DNA of 63,973 nt, counting the filler, from Stramenopiles sp. TOSAG23-2 (lineage: Eukaryota), in NCBI GenBank assembly GCA_900128395.1. It is 5 parts of 5 records of this genome, joined end to end, with 100 filler letters (N's around TTAATTAATTAA, not from the genome) between each part and the next. Parts side by side here need not be neighbours in the genome. Positions count along the whole stretch, not along the records: positions 1 to 29,407 come from LT649389.1; 4 more parts are not named here. The stretch is one strand, 5' to 3'. Below the pieces are notes generated by a model. The model was given only the letters and a program-made list of their open reading frames with translations, was not told the DNA's origin and searched no databases. Position 1 is the stretch's first letter. Each line of letters begins with the position of its first letter. Below are positions 1-11,668 of this stretch, piece after piece. Position numbers and translations under genes: made by a program.

Positions 1-651
1 TGGCTTACCTCACACTCATACGAAGTGACGCTTCTCTTGTTTCTATTTTATATGTATTCTTAGAGTAATTATAGTTCCTAAAGATAGTATTATATCTATG
101 TATCATTTTCCATTATATTATGTCTATTTATTCAATTATTATTATTCTTTCAAGTACCTTAATTATTACATATTATTTACTTTATTATTAGTTATATTTA
201 GTTAGTAATTTTAAGTGATTCATAATTTTTAACTTATCAATTGTTGTTTTATAGTAAGAACCTATTCGTAAGAATGTTTTGGGATTTAACGCTATTCGTA
301 TGCTATTTTGTATATTCCTTTGTCCTACCATTTTAGCTTAATTTCCGAAGATAAATTTAATCGGATAATCGGATCGAAGAACATTTTGGCACACCACATT
401 AATCGGCTAGCTGGGCTAGCTACGATGGGAATACCATTACTACCACACGCCCAATCATCCAAATATCCAAAAACAATATACATATACATATACTAAGAAA
501 AATGAATGAAGAAATATTTACATATATTCTGTATTAATTGAATGTACACAAAGAAACACATACAATATATATATATTTATTTATTACTGATTACCGTCAA
601 AACAAATTATTTACAACTAATTTATTAATCAAAAGAAAAGAACAAAACAAT

Positions 652-1719
652 ATGTCAAAAGGAGAAACATTTAAAACACCACTTACTGAATTATTTGGTA
701 TTAAACATCCAATTTTATTAGCAGGTATGAATGTTGCTGCTGGACCAGCATTAGCAGCTGCTGTGACTAACGCAGGTGGCCTTGGTGTCATCGGTGGACT
801 TGGATACACACCAAAATTCATGAGAGAAGTCATTCAAGAATTGAAAGACGATCTTGTTGATAAAAATGCGCCATTTGGTGTTGATTTGTTACTGCCACAA
901 GTTGGTGGTAGTGCACGTAAAACAAATAAAGATTACACTGGTGGACAGTTACCAGAATTAATCGATGTTATCATTGAAAGTGGTGCAAAATTATTTGTTT
1001 CTGCTGTTGGTGTACCACCACGTTGGGCAGTTGAAAAATTGCATGGTGCTGGTATTCTATGCATGAACATGATTGGTAGTACCAGACACGTTTCCAAAGC
1101 ATTAGCAGCTGGTATGGATATCATCTGTGCACAAGGTACTGAAGGTGGTGGCCATACTGGTGACACTGCAACATCAGTATTGATCCCACAAGTAGTTGAC
1201 CTTTGCCAAGGTAAAAAATCAGAACTTACTGGTGACCCAATTCTTGTAGTAGCTGCAGGTGGCATCTTCGATAGCCGTGGTTTAGCTATGGCATTGAGTT
1301 TAGGTGCAACTGGTGTATGGGTTGGTACACGTTTCGTCTGCGCAGAGGAAGCTGGTGCACCACCATTGCATCAAAAAACTCTTATTGATACTACATCAGA
1401 AGGTACCATGAGAACCATTATTTTCAGTGGTCGTCCATTACGTGGAGCAGCAACAGATTATGCAAGAGATTGGGAAGATAATCGCCAAGAAGAAATTAAG
1501 GAATTGACCAATAAAGGTATTCTTCCAGTAATGCATGATGTTATGAAACGTCAAAAGGCAGGTGAAGAAGTACCACTTTCCATGACACGTTATTGGTTAA
1601 TGGGGCAAGCAGCAGGTGCAGTGAAAGATGTTCAACCAGCAGCTGATATTATGAATGAAATGATTGATGGTGCAATTGCTATCATGAGAGGTAATGTTGG
1701 AATTATTTCACGAATTTAA
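652..1719 (+). CDS. Nitronate monooxygenase / 2-nitropropane dioxygenase family FMN oxidoreductase
   Basis: Motifs HPILLAGM..LAAAVTNAGGLGVIG, AQGTEGGGHTG, AAGGIFDSRGLAMALSLGATGVWVGTRF, MGQAAG. First ATG is at 652; the upstream TTG extension is AT-rich UTR. Protein ends in SRI. Confidence 0.92.
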   Translation: MSKGETFKTPLTELFGIKHPILLAGMNVAAGPALAAAVTNAGGLGVIGGLGYTPKFMREVIQELKDDLVDKNAPFGVDLLLPQVGGSARKTNKDYTGGQLPELIDVIIESGAKLFVSAVGVPPRWAVEKLHGAGILCMNMIGSTRHVSKALAAGMDIICAQGTEGGGHTGDTATSVLIPQVVDLCQGKKSELTGDPILVVAAGGIFDSRGLAMALSLGATGVWVGTRFVCAEEAGAPPLHQKTLIDTTSEGTMRTIIFSGRPLRGAATDYARDWEDNRQEEIKELTNKGILPVMHDVMKRQKAGEEVPLSMTRYWLMGQAAGAVKDVQPAADIMNEMIDGAIAIMRGNVGIISRI

Positions 1720-2510
1720 TAAGTATTGATAAATATATGATGTGAAATGTGTGTACGAAGTTCGTAATATGCATTGTACATGTACGTGAATGTGTTATAT
1801 ATGATGTATGAATTTGTATATTTATACACACATATATATTGGATTGCCTAGATTTTTTTTTGCTTCCATACGCTAGGATTATAATAATTTGGGAGTAGGT
1901 GTGTCTAGTGTTACGAGTATTAATATATATAAAATGTTCTCTTACTCATATATTATATAAATTTCTTTTACTCCCGTTCATTAACATCTCAAATCAAAAA
2001 ATGATTTATAAAGTTTAGTAAAAATTATTTAGTATTCAAAAGATTGTTCCAGTATAATATATACCATATGCATAACAGCTCCATATTATATATACGGTAT
2101 ATATTATGGATGATATGATATGATACCTTCTATTATTCATGTGTGTGCTCAATTATTTAATACGTAATGCGTGTCATGTATACGACGAGAAATAAAATTA
2201 TAAAATTTACAAAATAAATATATATAATATTTTTTTTATAATCAAAGATATCTGGTTCTTTTTCTTTTCACAAAAACACACCCCACACCTTTTTTTTTTA
2301 ATTCTCTCTCTCTCTCCCTTCTCCTTTCTCTCTTTCACTTTCATTCCCTCACACACGACATTTTTCTTGACTATTTTCTTTTTTTTTTTCCATTTGATGT
2401 ACGTAAAAAAAAGATAAAAATGATTCATACCCAAAGTATGTTATATATGAATCATTATTCGTATATATAATAAATTATACAGCTATAATTGTATACATAT
2501 ATTTACATAC

Positions 2511-4106
2511 TTAATGTTTTCCATTTTTTTGTGACAATACTGCATTAGATGCACGTCTTTTTGATGATGCACCATGACGTGATTTATTATGAGATGTCGT
2601 AAATTTATTTTCAGATTTTTTGGCCTGGGATGCCTTTTTCTTTTCGGCTCTTTCTTTTTCTTTTCTTAATTTTTCTTCTTCTTTTCTATCGGCATATTCT
2701 TTGCGTTGGCGTAACATTCTAGAATGATAATTTTCACCATCATATGTCAATGGAGAACCATAGCGTTCTTCCCATTGCTTTAATGAAGCAACTAATTCTT
2801 TATTTACTTTTGGCAATAATTTCTTTGCACGGGCACGGATTTTTTCTTCCTCTTGCAATCGTTTAAATGCATCACGTCCACGGCTATTTAAACGATCTGC
2901 ACCAGATCCACGTCGTTCACGATCTTCTAATTCATCTCTGTCTGCTATAATTTTCTCTCTTTTGTTAATATTTTTCATGATTGGACGCATTTGTTCCGCG
3001 CGTTCTTCCAAATTTTCAATGTAAGCTTCATGATTATCTAATGTTTCCTCCGTCATCTTCTCTTCGCTAATGGTCATATCATGGAATGTCATTTGCTGTG
3101 CTTCGCTGAAATGCAATTCTTCCCATAAAACTTTAATTTTCTCCCTTGCTTCATTTACAAGTGGTTTTAATCGTTCCATTTTAATTGTTTTCAATCGTTT
3201 CAATTCTGCTTCACATGCTGCAATTTCTTTCAAACCAACACCATGATGTTGAGAGAAAAATTCTGCTCGTTCCGTATCTGGAACATTTAATTTCTCCCAC
3301 AAACCGTTGATTTCACCTGCTAATTCTGTAATTTTCGTCTCTCGTTCAACTTTAAGCTGTTGAAGTTCCGCTGAACGATTTGATAATGCATTTAAATCTG
3401 CAATAGTTAAACCAATGCCATCACCACCATCCATAACTGCTTGGTCAATTTCAGAATCGCATTCCATAACAAGTTCGAACATCAAATCTTTCATTTCTTT
3501 TACAAGTTTTGCTCTAGCAGATAAACGATTGGAAACTTCGTTTTGAAGTTCTACTAAATGATCGTTTAAAGCTGTTTCACGTGTATTTGTTAAATCAGTA
3601 CCAACTTGTTCAAATGTTTCACCAATTTCAGAGCCTAACGTGATGGATAAACTTTTAATTGTATTTACAATTGTTTCCAATTGAGTGAATCGCTCCTTAT
3701 GTTTTGTGCGTATAGCTGATAAATCCATATCTAAACGATTAACACTTTGTGTTAATGTCTCGTTTTCCATTTGACCTTCTACTATTTGTTGCTCACCAAG
3801 TTGTGTAGATAAATCAGCAATTTCAGCAACTGCTTCAGCAATACGTGTTTTGTATTGTTCACATAATTCTTGTTCCTCTTCTAAAACAGTAGATATAACA
3901 CCATTTATGTTTTCATAAAGCTCGGATAAAATCCTTCCTCTATCTTGATCTCCGAGTCCAACAACATCCCATAATTGATGTAATTCAACTTCTGCATGTG
4001 CAATCGCATTTGCAATTTTCGTATGTTCCACATTCGTATTACTTGTTGCATTACTAATAGTTTCAACAACATTTGTCGTAGTAGTATTTGCTACAATTGC
4101 ACTCAT
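2511..4106 (-). CDS. Microtubule-bundling protein, MAP65/Ase1/PRC1 family
   Basis: Long coiled coil with ELHQLWDVVG, LWEKLNVP, REKIKVLWEELHFS, RLNSRG..LQEEEKIR..LPK..LKQWE..PLTYDG and a basic C-terminal tail. Confidence 0.88.
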   Translation of the reverse strand: MSAIVANTTTTNVVETISNATSNTNVEHTKIANAIAHAEVELHQLWDVVGLGDQDRGRILSELYENINGVISTVLEEEQELCEQYKTRIAEAVAEIADLSTQLGEQQIVEGQMENETLTQSVNRLDMDLSAIRTKHKERFTQLETIVNTIKSLSITLGSEIGETFEQVGTDLTNTRETALNDHLVELQNEVSNRLSARAKLVKEMKDLMFELVMECDSEIDQAVMDGGDGIGLTIADLNALSNRSAELQQLKVERETKITELAGEINGLWEKLNVPDTERAEFFSQHHGVGLKEIAACEAELKRLKTIKMERLKPLVNEAREKIKVLWEELHFSEAQQMTFHDMTISEEKMTEETLDNHEAYIENLEERAEQMRPIMKNINKREKIIADRDELEDRERRGSGADRLNSRGRDAFKRLQEEEKIRARAKKLLPKVNKELVASLKQWEERYGSPLTYDGENYHSRMLRQRKEYADRKEEEKLRKEKERAEKKKASQAKKSENKFTTSHNKSRHGASSKRRASNAVLSQKNGKH

Positions 4107-5011
4107 TGTTAAAAATATATATAATACTTCTTCTTTTTTTTTTTTCGTTCAAACGTAAAAATTTTTTTTACAGAAACACGATGACAAAAAAAATAATAAT
4201 AACAGGATTCCTAAATAATGAACAACGTACGTAGATAATATATAGTAATAAATATGTTTTTGTTATGTATATTGTTTCTTTTTCTATATATCTTTCTTTT
4301 TTGTTGATATTTTGTGTATAATAATAATAATAAATACAATAGCAATAGTTATTATTGGTGTGCGTGAACAACATTGGGTGGTGAAAATGCCCTCGGTGGT
4401 GAAACTTTTGAATATTTATATCGTATTAGTATACTAATATTGTACTCAATCTTGTTCCTAACTTCCACTTTAGATGCGATTTTTTGATATTAGACCCTCG
4501 GGTGTAACGTCTCTCAAAAACATTGCACCGCACCAAATTGACCATTTCGAGTAGAGGTACTCGGAGACGTGAATCCCCGATATTTTATATATCTATTAGT
4601 ATGAGAATAACATTAATATGGCATGTTCAATTTAGGTAGAGAAATGGCAGATTTCATATTTTACTATCAAATGATCATAATTTGTACTTGAAAAGGAAAT
4701 TAGAATACTAAATTGATCAAACCCACCGTATTTATTTTTGAAATTTCAAAAAAACTTCTCTTTTTTATTTGTATGGACGGCAATATATAAGACGTATTAG
4801 AAAAGATTCCATGTTGGGATTACATGTCTGGAGCTCTATGTTTTTGTGAATAAAAAAGTGCAATACATGTATCGATAGATATCATATACGTTTAATCTAT
4901 ATATTATACAACATCATAATACAGACAAAAAAAAAATTGGGTGTGTTTATTTGAAACTATCAATTATTGAAAACAAAGTTTAAACAGGAAAAAAGAAAAA
5001 CAAATTAAAAA

Positions 5012-5957
5012 ATGGCAGCTATCTTTGAAGAATTAAAAGCACATTATGTTACAACGTTAAGAAACGTGGAGTTACCAGAATTGAATACTGAAACGTATCA
5101 ACTCGTATTCTTGCTGACTTTACCATATTTGTATTACACATATTTATGGCATTTTCCAACATTGTGGTGCAAAATGTCTGAATCATTAGGAATGCATCCA
5201 TCAACTACAATGAGTCACACAGCACATGTTATGAAACTTATTCAATTTGCTGTACTTATTAAATATGGTGGTGCAGCATTTCCACATTATTTCGATACCT
5301 TGAATGGATTCTTACCTGAATCCTTTCAATTAGCAACTTATGAATTTGAATTCAATTTGATGTCTATGGTTGACATTGCGCTAGTTGCGGCGGGACAAGC
5401 ATTAAATTATGGCGTGTACCAATCACTTGGCGTAGTAGGTACATACTACGGTGTACGTTTCGGATACAATGTACCATGGGTAACTGGTTTTCCATATAAT
5501 TTAGGTATTAGCGATCCACAATATTGGGGTGCAATACTTACAGTAATTGGTTCTTTGGATTTATTGCGATTGAAAAACAATACATTCTTTGTATGGGTAT
5601 TACTCTTATCCTATATTTACATGATGGCTGTTGAATATGGAGAGAGAACACCAGCTTATGCATCAGGTAAACAAATCTCGGTAAAGGTCCGTAGTAGTAA
5701 AGCATCAAGCAGTGAAAAAACCACTACGCCAAAATCAACACAAAAAAAGAGAAAAACACGTTCAAAAACACCAACGACAAAAAAAAGCAACAACAACAAC
5801 ACCAAAAGCAAAGAAAAATTCCTCTAGTAGTAAAAAAAGCGATGGCGGTGATTTATCTAAATTAACATGTGCAAAATTGCGTCAAATGTTAAAAGCGCAA
5901 GGATTAAAACAAAAAGGTGTCAAAGCTGATTTAATTGCTCGTTTACAAAATGCATAA
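5012..5957 (+). CDS. Phospholipid N-methyltransferase (PEMT/PLMT-like) with C-terminal SAP domain, split by a frameshift in the A-run near 5779-5786
   Basis: GQALNYGVYQSLGVVGTYYGVRFGYNVPWVTGFPY..DPQYWG is a PEMT signature. The adjacent frame ends LSKLTCAKLRQMLKAQGLKQKGVKADLIARL (SAP). Removing one A joins the two frames. Confidence 0.8.
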
Positions 5958-6437
5958 AAAGCAAAAAAACAAAAAACATTTATTTGATATATATACATAT
6001 AGATAAAAAAGTGAACATGAGGCAATCAAGTTCTAGCAAGGGTAAAAAAGATTTTTTATATCTCTCTTCATATAATCACGTGGTTGGTTATTACGTAAAA
6101 TATAATATTAAGTTCGTACGAGAGAGTGTGGTATATATACGAGCTCGTAAAAATATGATTTAATTTATCACGACGCACATAATTTATTTTTTTTTTATTT
6201 TATATCTATGTATCATAATATGAGAAGCTTTGTATTATCATACGACCTTGTGTATGAGGGAGAGTATGATATACGACTTCGTAAGAAATAATAATATATG
6301 ATGATATGTGTGTAAAATTAAGGATATACTTCGTATGTTACACACTTCACGCTTTTGCAATTCGCTTTTTCCTCCTTGTTTTTTAATAAAAATACTTTTG
6401 ACTCTCTCCTATACTCCACTTCTCTTCTATAGGATAC

Positions 6438-7274
6438 CTACGATTGTAACATAATTTCTTTGAAAAAAGTTCGAAGTACATTCTCACAAATCAATGGTGT
6501 AAATATTCTTTTCACTTGTTTTTCAATAATTTTACTACGTCTTAACATTCTATCCATTTTATCACTAGTATTTTCATCTTTTATTTTAGGTTCACTACTT
6601 ATAATTGCATCTTTTTTATTTACAGTATAATCAATCTCAACAACATCATCATTATTACTAATAGTAGTGGTGGTTTCATCATCATCATCATTTTTTTCAT
6701 CTTCTTTAATAAATTGATCTTGAGAAAAACTCGTTGGCCATTTTATAGTCCCTATCACATCAGTATCTTCATATTTACCTTCCCAATGAAAAATGATATT
6801 TAATTCATATGTTATGATGTTTTTGGCTTTGCGTACATTAACAGCTGCGTAGCCACCTTCTAACGTAACCTTTGTCGCTTTTGCACTACCTTTTTTCAAA
6901 GAACAATTCAATAGTTTACTAATATATATTTCATTTAAATATTGTTCCACCCAAGGCATTAAATTTTTCTCTTCCCAATGATAATTATTTGCATTCCATT
7001 TTGAGACTCCAGCTTTCATTTCTTTTTCCTTCTGTATGGCTTCTTCTTTTGTAATCTTTTTAGGTGCTTGAAAATTGGCATCGCTTCCTTTGTTCCCAAA
7101 TGCATAATAATATGAACCTTTCCTTCCACCAACACCATCATCCGTTGTTTTTGTTGTCGTAGCATTAACGTTATTATTATTATGCATATTATTAATTTTC
7201 TCAGAATTATTGGATGATGTTGTTGTTTCCTTTTTAATTTTTAATTTTGATATATCATTGACAATTTCAGTCAT
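6438..7274 (-). CDS. Activator of Hsp90 ATPase (Aha1) N-terminal domain protein
   Basis: SKWNANNYHWEEKN motif, followed by AAVNVRKAKNIITYELNIIFHWEG. Confidence 0.85.
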   Translation of the reverse strand: MTEIVNDISKLKIKKETTTSSNNSEKINNMHNNNNVNATTTKTTDDGVGGRKGSYYYAFGNKGSDANFQAPKKITKEEAIQKEKEMKAGVSKWNANNYHWEEKNLMPWVEQYLNEIYISKLLNCSLKKGSAKATKVTLEGGYAAVNVRKAKNIITYELNIIFHWEGKYEDTDVIGTIKWPTSFSQDQFIKEDEKNDDDDETTTTISNNDDVVEIDYTVNKKDAIISSEPKIKDENTSDKMDRMLRRSKIIEKQVKRIFTPLICENVLRTFFKEIMLQS

Positions 7275-7545
7275 TTTTATTATTTGTTTTACTTTTTTTA
7301 CTGTTATTTATTATTAGAAAATATAATATTTCTTGACTTTTTATATATATATGGGTATATACTGTATATAATATTGATTGTTTCTATTTTCTTCTATTTA
7401 TAATATATACATGTATTTGTATTTTGATAATAAATGCACAAATTAAAATATATATAATATAAAAAATAATAATAATATAGTGTAATTTGACCTTTAAGTA
7501 TAAATGTCCTATTTCCATCATATTAATATTATTATATCGTGTAAT

Positions 7546-8275
7546 TTAAATTATACCACATAAGAATCCATCATTAGGTTTTTTTGCATTTATCGAGTTC
7601 ATTATAAACCATACTGATGGGTTTTGAGCAAAATCGTATCTAACTACACCATTGATGTTGTCAGAAAACATCAGTTTCCAATTCTTGAATCTGTCTTTCA
7701 CAATTTTCTATCTATGTATGAGTTATATTCATCTGCAGTATAGTTTTTAGAGCAATCATACAGAGATTTTGTCGTTCCGTTGTTAAAAATGAAATTTGTA
7801 TACTCATAACGAGCTTGACGTTGTTTATAAATGCAACGGGTTGCAGTTGGATGTATCTCAATATAGCGTGACACACATAAATCTGTCAAGTATGGATATT
7901 GACACAATACATTTGTAACCTTCTTTGTAGGCTTTCGTTGCACTAAAGCACTATCAATATCACAACATAATCTTCTGTTTTTTATGTACAACCACGGAAC
8001 GATTGGTGATAGTTTTGAATTTCATTTATAATATTTATATCTGATGGATTTTGAGTATCCAAAATCCAATAACCCTGTATATTGCTTTCAATTGATGATT
8101 GGTCATGTACTATATATTGAAATATTTTGTTTTGGTCTTTTGCATTTTTCATTGGGAAAAATATAAATTTATATATTGGGTTATCTTCCACCTGGATATT
8201 TTGCAAGTTATAGTTATTACTAAAATATCGCACAGCAGTTTTCTCATCCTGCAATGTTGGTTTTTTTTGTAGCAT
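7546..8275 (-). pseudogene. Disrupted ORF of unknown function (three fragments joined by two single-base frameshifts)
   Basis: MLQKKPTLQ...FRG, then LYIKNRRLCCDID...IDRK, then IVKDRFKNWKLMFSDNINGVVRYDF...CGII* abut end to end with shifts near 7990 and 7703. Confidence 0.45.
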
Positions 8276-8318
8276 GTGTCCGAATAATAATTTCAATTTA
8301 TCTGTTGTAAATTTATAA

Positions 8319-9126
8319 AAATATTTACATAACACGGTGTTGCTGTATAAGTATGATATAGCAAAAGACATTGATGTTGCTACTGATGTTTATGTTGATG
8401 AAAATAAACACAACAACATACCACATCAATATATATTAGCAAAAGGTGTTGGTTTAGGTATACCATTCAAAGGGGGGTAATTAAAAATGAATAAAGTAGG
8501 TAATGCTTCTTTGTATTATTTACAATTAGTTAATGTATTGTCACCCATGAAAATTTACACTTCCACTATCATGTATGAGACATGTGGCAAAGCAAGTATG
8601 GGTAAACATAGCGATAACGATTGTACTAAAAACAAGAAATTTTGCATGTTTACAGAAGTGATGTATGGCTCCAACAGTGATTTGGCACCAAAAACACTGC
8701 CAGTATTAACATGTCCAGCCTATGATAATCAAAAAGTATCCATTAATTGGTATCCAACGAAAATTTATTGCAATGAAAATGACTTGGATGATAAAGTTAC
8801 ACCAATCATAGTTCATAATGATGATCCTGAAGCTGTTACTGCATTTTGTTGTATCATGTGAATGTCAAGGGGATTTTTTTTTTGGAAAGAGAATGAAACA
8901 TTTTACACCAATATGCTATGCACTTTTTCATGTTCCTTGTAGGTTTTTACAATACTATGGAAACAGATTTGATCATCTTCAAAAAAATAAATTAGCACGG
9001 CATAGCATTAATTACAAAGAGGAAAGCTGGAAAGGTGTAAGCATAGGATTAGGATGGAAATACCATTATTGATGTGTAAATGACGACGTTCAACAGCAGA
9101 AAGGCAACAAAGAAGCACAAGGATGA
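8319..9126 (+). pseudogene. Disrupted ORF, possible AlkB-like 2OG-Fe(II) dioxygenase relic
   Basis: Frame is open from 8319, with in-frame TAA at 8478, a frameshift near 8845 and TGA at 9070. Reconstructed protein has MYETCGKASMGKHSDND (HxD) and a distal RHS..KGVSIGLG. Confidence 0.4.
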
Positions 9127-9141
9127 AGCTTTATTATGTTT

Positions 9142-9517
9142 AAAAATTATTTGAAATTATAGATGTTGTTTACATATATACATACATACAGAAGATTGAT
9201 GATCATCATATGTGACATAGATAAAAAGAATTATCATCATTAATAGTATTATAAAAGAACGTTTTATTATACCTTTCACATCACCTAAGAATTAAAAATA
9301 ACTACAATATACATACATATAACACAATAAAAAATTATTTGAAATTATAGATGTTGTTTACATATATACATACATACAGAAGATTGATGATCATCATATG
9401 TGACATAGATAAAAAGAATTATCATCATTAATAGTATTATAAAAGAACGTTTTATTATACCTTTCACATCACCTAAGAATTAAAAATAACTACAATATAC
9501 ATACATATAACACAATA
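9142..9517. repeat. Exact tandem duplication, unit about 188 bp
   Basis: aaaaattatttgaaattatag...cacaata occurs at 9142 and again at 9330. Confidence 0.9.
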
Positions 9518-10076
9518 TATATATATATATATATACATCTATCAATCATGGCATCAATGACAAAAATACCACAAAGACCTGATGAAGAAAAAATCAAAAA
9601 AGTAGAAAAAAAAAGTAATAATAATGTTTTTGATTTAACTACATCAGATGAGGAAGATGTTGTTCAAACAAGTGTTGTGACAAGTAGCTATAGGCAAGAA
9701 GTCTTTTCTAAATTCTTTAATAATGCGAAAGAAATTGAACATGATATTGAAGGTTTTCATAAACAATATCCACAAGCAACAAGTGGATTATTAACAATAT
9801 ATATATATATATACATCTATCAATCATGGCATCAATGACAAAAATACCACAAAGACCTGATGAAGAAAAAATCAAAAAAGTAGGAAAAAAAAGTAATAAT
9901 AATGTTTTTGATTTAACTACATCAGATGAGGAAGATGTTGTTCAAACAAGTGTTGTGACAAGTAGCTATAGGCAAGAAGTCTTTTCTAAATTCTTTAATA
10001 ATGCGAAAGAAATTGAACATGATATTGAAGGTTTTCATAAACAATATCCACAAGCAACAAGTGGATTATTAACAAT
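9518..10076 (+). repeat. Tandem duplication (period 278 bp) of the 5' end of the Rtt106-like gene
   Basis: ORFs at 9548 and 9826 share their first ~84 codons apart from one substitution (KVEKK vs KVGKK). The junction lies in a (TA)n tract. Confidence 0.9.
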
Positions 10077-11544
10077 TTTGAAAAAAGCAGTATTTTCCAC
10101 CTTTAGTAGTAACAATAACAATATTACTAATAATAATGTTACATTATTACAATCAAAAGCGAGTACACCATCGAATAGTAATATGATGATGTCGACAAGT
10201 AGTAACAGTAATAGTACCAGTCAAAATGACAATGGAATTCCACCTGCAGAAAATGCTAGTTGCGTCGTACCACAAATTTCTTGCGTTCGACCAAGAGGTA
10301 AACATGATGTAGAATTTCATAAAAATGCTATTGTTTTTCGTGCTAAAAAAATTGAAAAATCTATTTCTATACCACTGGAAAATATTGAATTTGTATTCAT
10401 ATTAAAACGTTTTGAAAAATATCAAAAGCAACAAGTGACCTCCTTCGTCGTTAGAATGAAAGATGATTGTGAAATTCCATATGGTAAACAAATATTTGAT
10501 GAAATTGTTATGACGTTAAAAACTAAAGAAGGCAAACCAGATTGCGTTGATATTGCAATTAAAGACCTATCAAAATTACCAGCAACGAAATTTAGTGCAA
10601 CAGCGAAGCCATTACCAAATGCATTTTCTGAAATGACACGTGAAGATATACTATCTAAATTATTCAAATATTTCACTAGTAAAACAAATTTAATTGAATC
10701 CTCGCGTCAAATATTTAGCAGTGCTGATGGTGACACAAGTGTGAAATGTATCGTTGGTGTTGAAAATGGACATTTATATCCATTAAGTAATGGTGTGTAT
10801 TTTTTAAACAAACCATATATTTTTTTACCATTTGATGATATGGTTGGTTTAGAGCAAGGTAGAGCTGGTAGTGGTCGTACGACTGACTTTATTATTACAA
10901 TGGATGATGGCGATGTGCATCAATTTGGTATGATTAGTACTGATGAATCAGATTATTTAGGTGCATATATGCAATATGTTAAAAACAAAATATCAAAAAA
11001 ACGAAATGCTGATAATAATAACAACAACAACGACGCATCAGATGATAATAATCAAAAGAAACAAAGTAAAAATGATATGGATGAAGAAGATGCAACGGAA
11101 GATGATGAAGAAGAAGAAGGGGATGGTGATGACGACGATGATGATGATTTTGATTTGGAAGAAGCGAAAAATAATGAATCTGATAGTGAAAGTGAGAGTG
11201 AAGACGAAGATGATGATGATGAAAGTGATATGGACGAAGACGACGACGAGGGGGAGAAGGAAGAAGAAGAAGAAGAAGAGAATACTAAATCAACATCACA
11301 AAGTAAAAAGACTCAAGAGGTCATCGTTTTAGATACTAATGTAGTAGAAATCATTGATGATAGTGCAGATGATGAAGAGGAAGAAGAAGAAAAAGAAGAT
11401 GATGATGAAGAAGTATTAGTATTGGAAGAACCACCAGCAAAGAAACAAAAAACTACTAACAATACCAGCACAAGTGATGGTGCAGCTGGAACTACCAAAC
11501 AAAAACAAAAATCCATTTCATCGTTTTTTGTAAAGCGTTCTTAA
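9826..11544 (+). CDS. Histone chaperone with Rtt106/SSRP1-like double PH domain and acidic tail
   Basis: SVKCIVGVENGHLYPLSNGVYFLNKPYIFLPFDDM..RAGSGRTTDF, a long D/E tract, NLS-like PPAKKQK and a PIP-box-like QKSISSFF. Confidence 0.8.
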   Translation: MASMTKIPQRPDEEKIKKVGKKSNNNVFDLTTSDEEDVVQTSVVTSSYRQEVFSKFFNNAKEIEHDIEGFHKQYPQATSGLLTILKKAVFSTFSSNNNNITNNNVTLLQSKASTPSNSNMMMSTSSNSNSTSQNDNGIPPAENASCVVPQISCVRPRGKHDVEFHKNAIVFRAKKIEKSISIPLENIEFVFILKRFEKYQKQQVTSFVVRMKDDCEIPYGKQIFDEIVMTLKTKEGKPDCVDIAIKDLSKLPATKFSATAKPLPNAFSEMTREDILSKLFKYFTSKTNLIESSRQIFSSADGDTSVKCIVGVENGHLYPLSNGVYFLNKPYIFLPFDDMVGLEQGRAGSGRTTDFIITMDDGDVHQFGMISTDESDYLGAYMQYVKNKISKKRNADNNNNNNDASDDNNQKKQSKNDMDEEDATEDDEEEEGDGDDDDDDDFDLEEAKNNESDSESESEDEDDDDESDMDEDDDEGEKEEEEEEENTKSTSQSKKTQEVIVLDTNVVEIIDDSADDEEEEEEKEDDDEEVLVLEEPPAKKQKTTNNTSTSDGAAGTTKQKQKSISSFFVKRS

Positions 11545-11668
11545 TATTGAAAGATAATACATATTAATATATATATAAACAAAGAAATAATACGTAATTA
11601 ATAAAAATTAGTATTATCAAAAAAGTCATTCGCATACTTATTCAAATCTATTTTTTTTATAAAAAAAA

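Noticed and set aside
4370..4760. Possible transposon relic in the MAP65/PEMT divergent intergenic region (ggtggtgaaa twice, GC-richer patches)
   Set aside because: No convincing terminal inverted repeats or target-site duplication could be delimited by eye.
8316..8480. In-frame TAA codons suggesting stop-to-Gln reassignment
   Set aside because: Intact neighbouring genes end at TAA or TAG and have no internal stops, and the same region also has frameshifts. Decay explains it better.
9548..9838. 96-aa ORF as a separate paralogue of the Rtt106-like gene
   Set aside because: It is a near-exact copy of the gene start that ends in a (TA)n junction, probably an assembly overlap.
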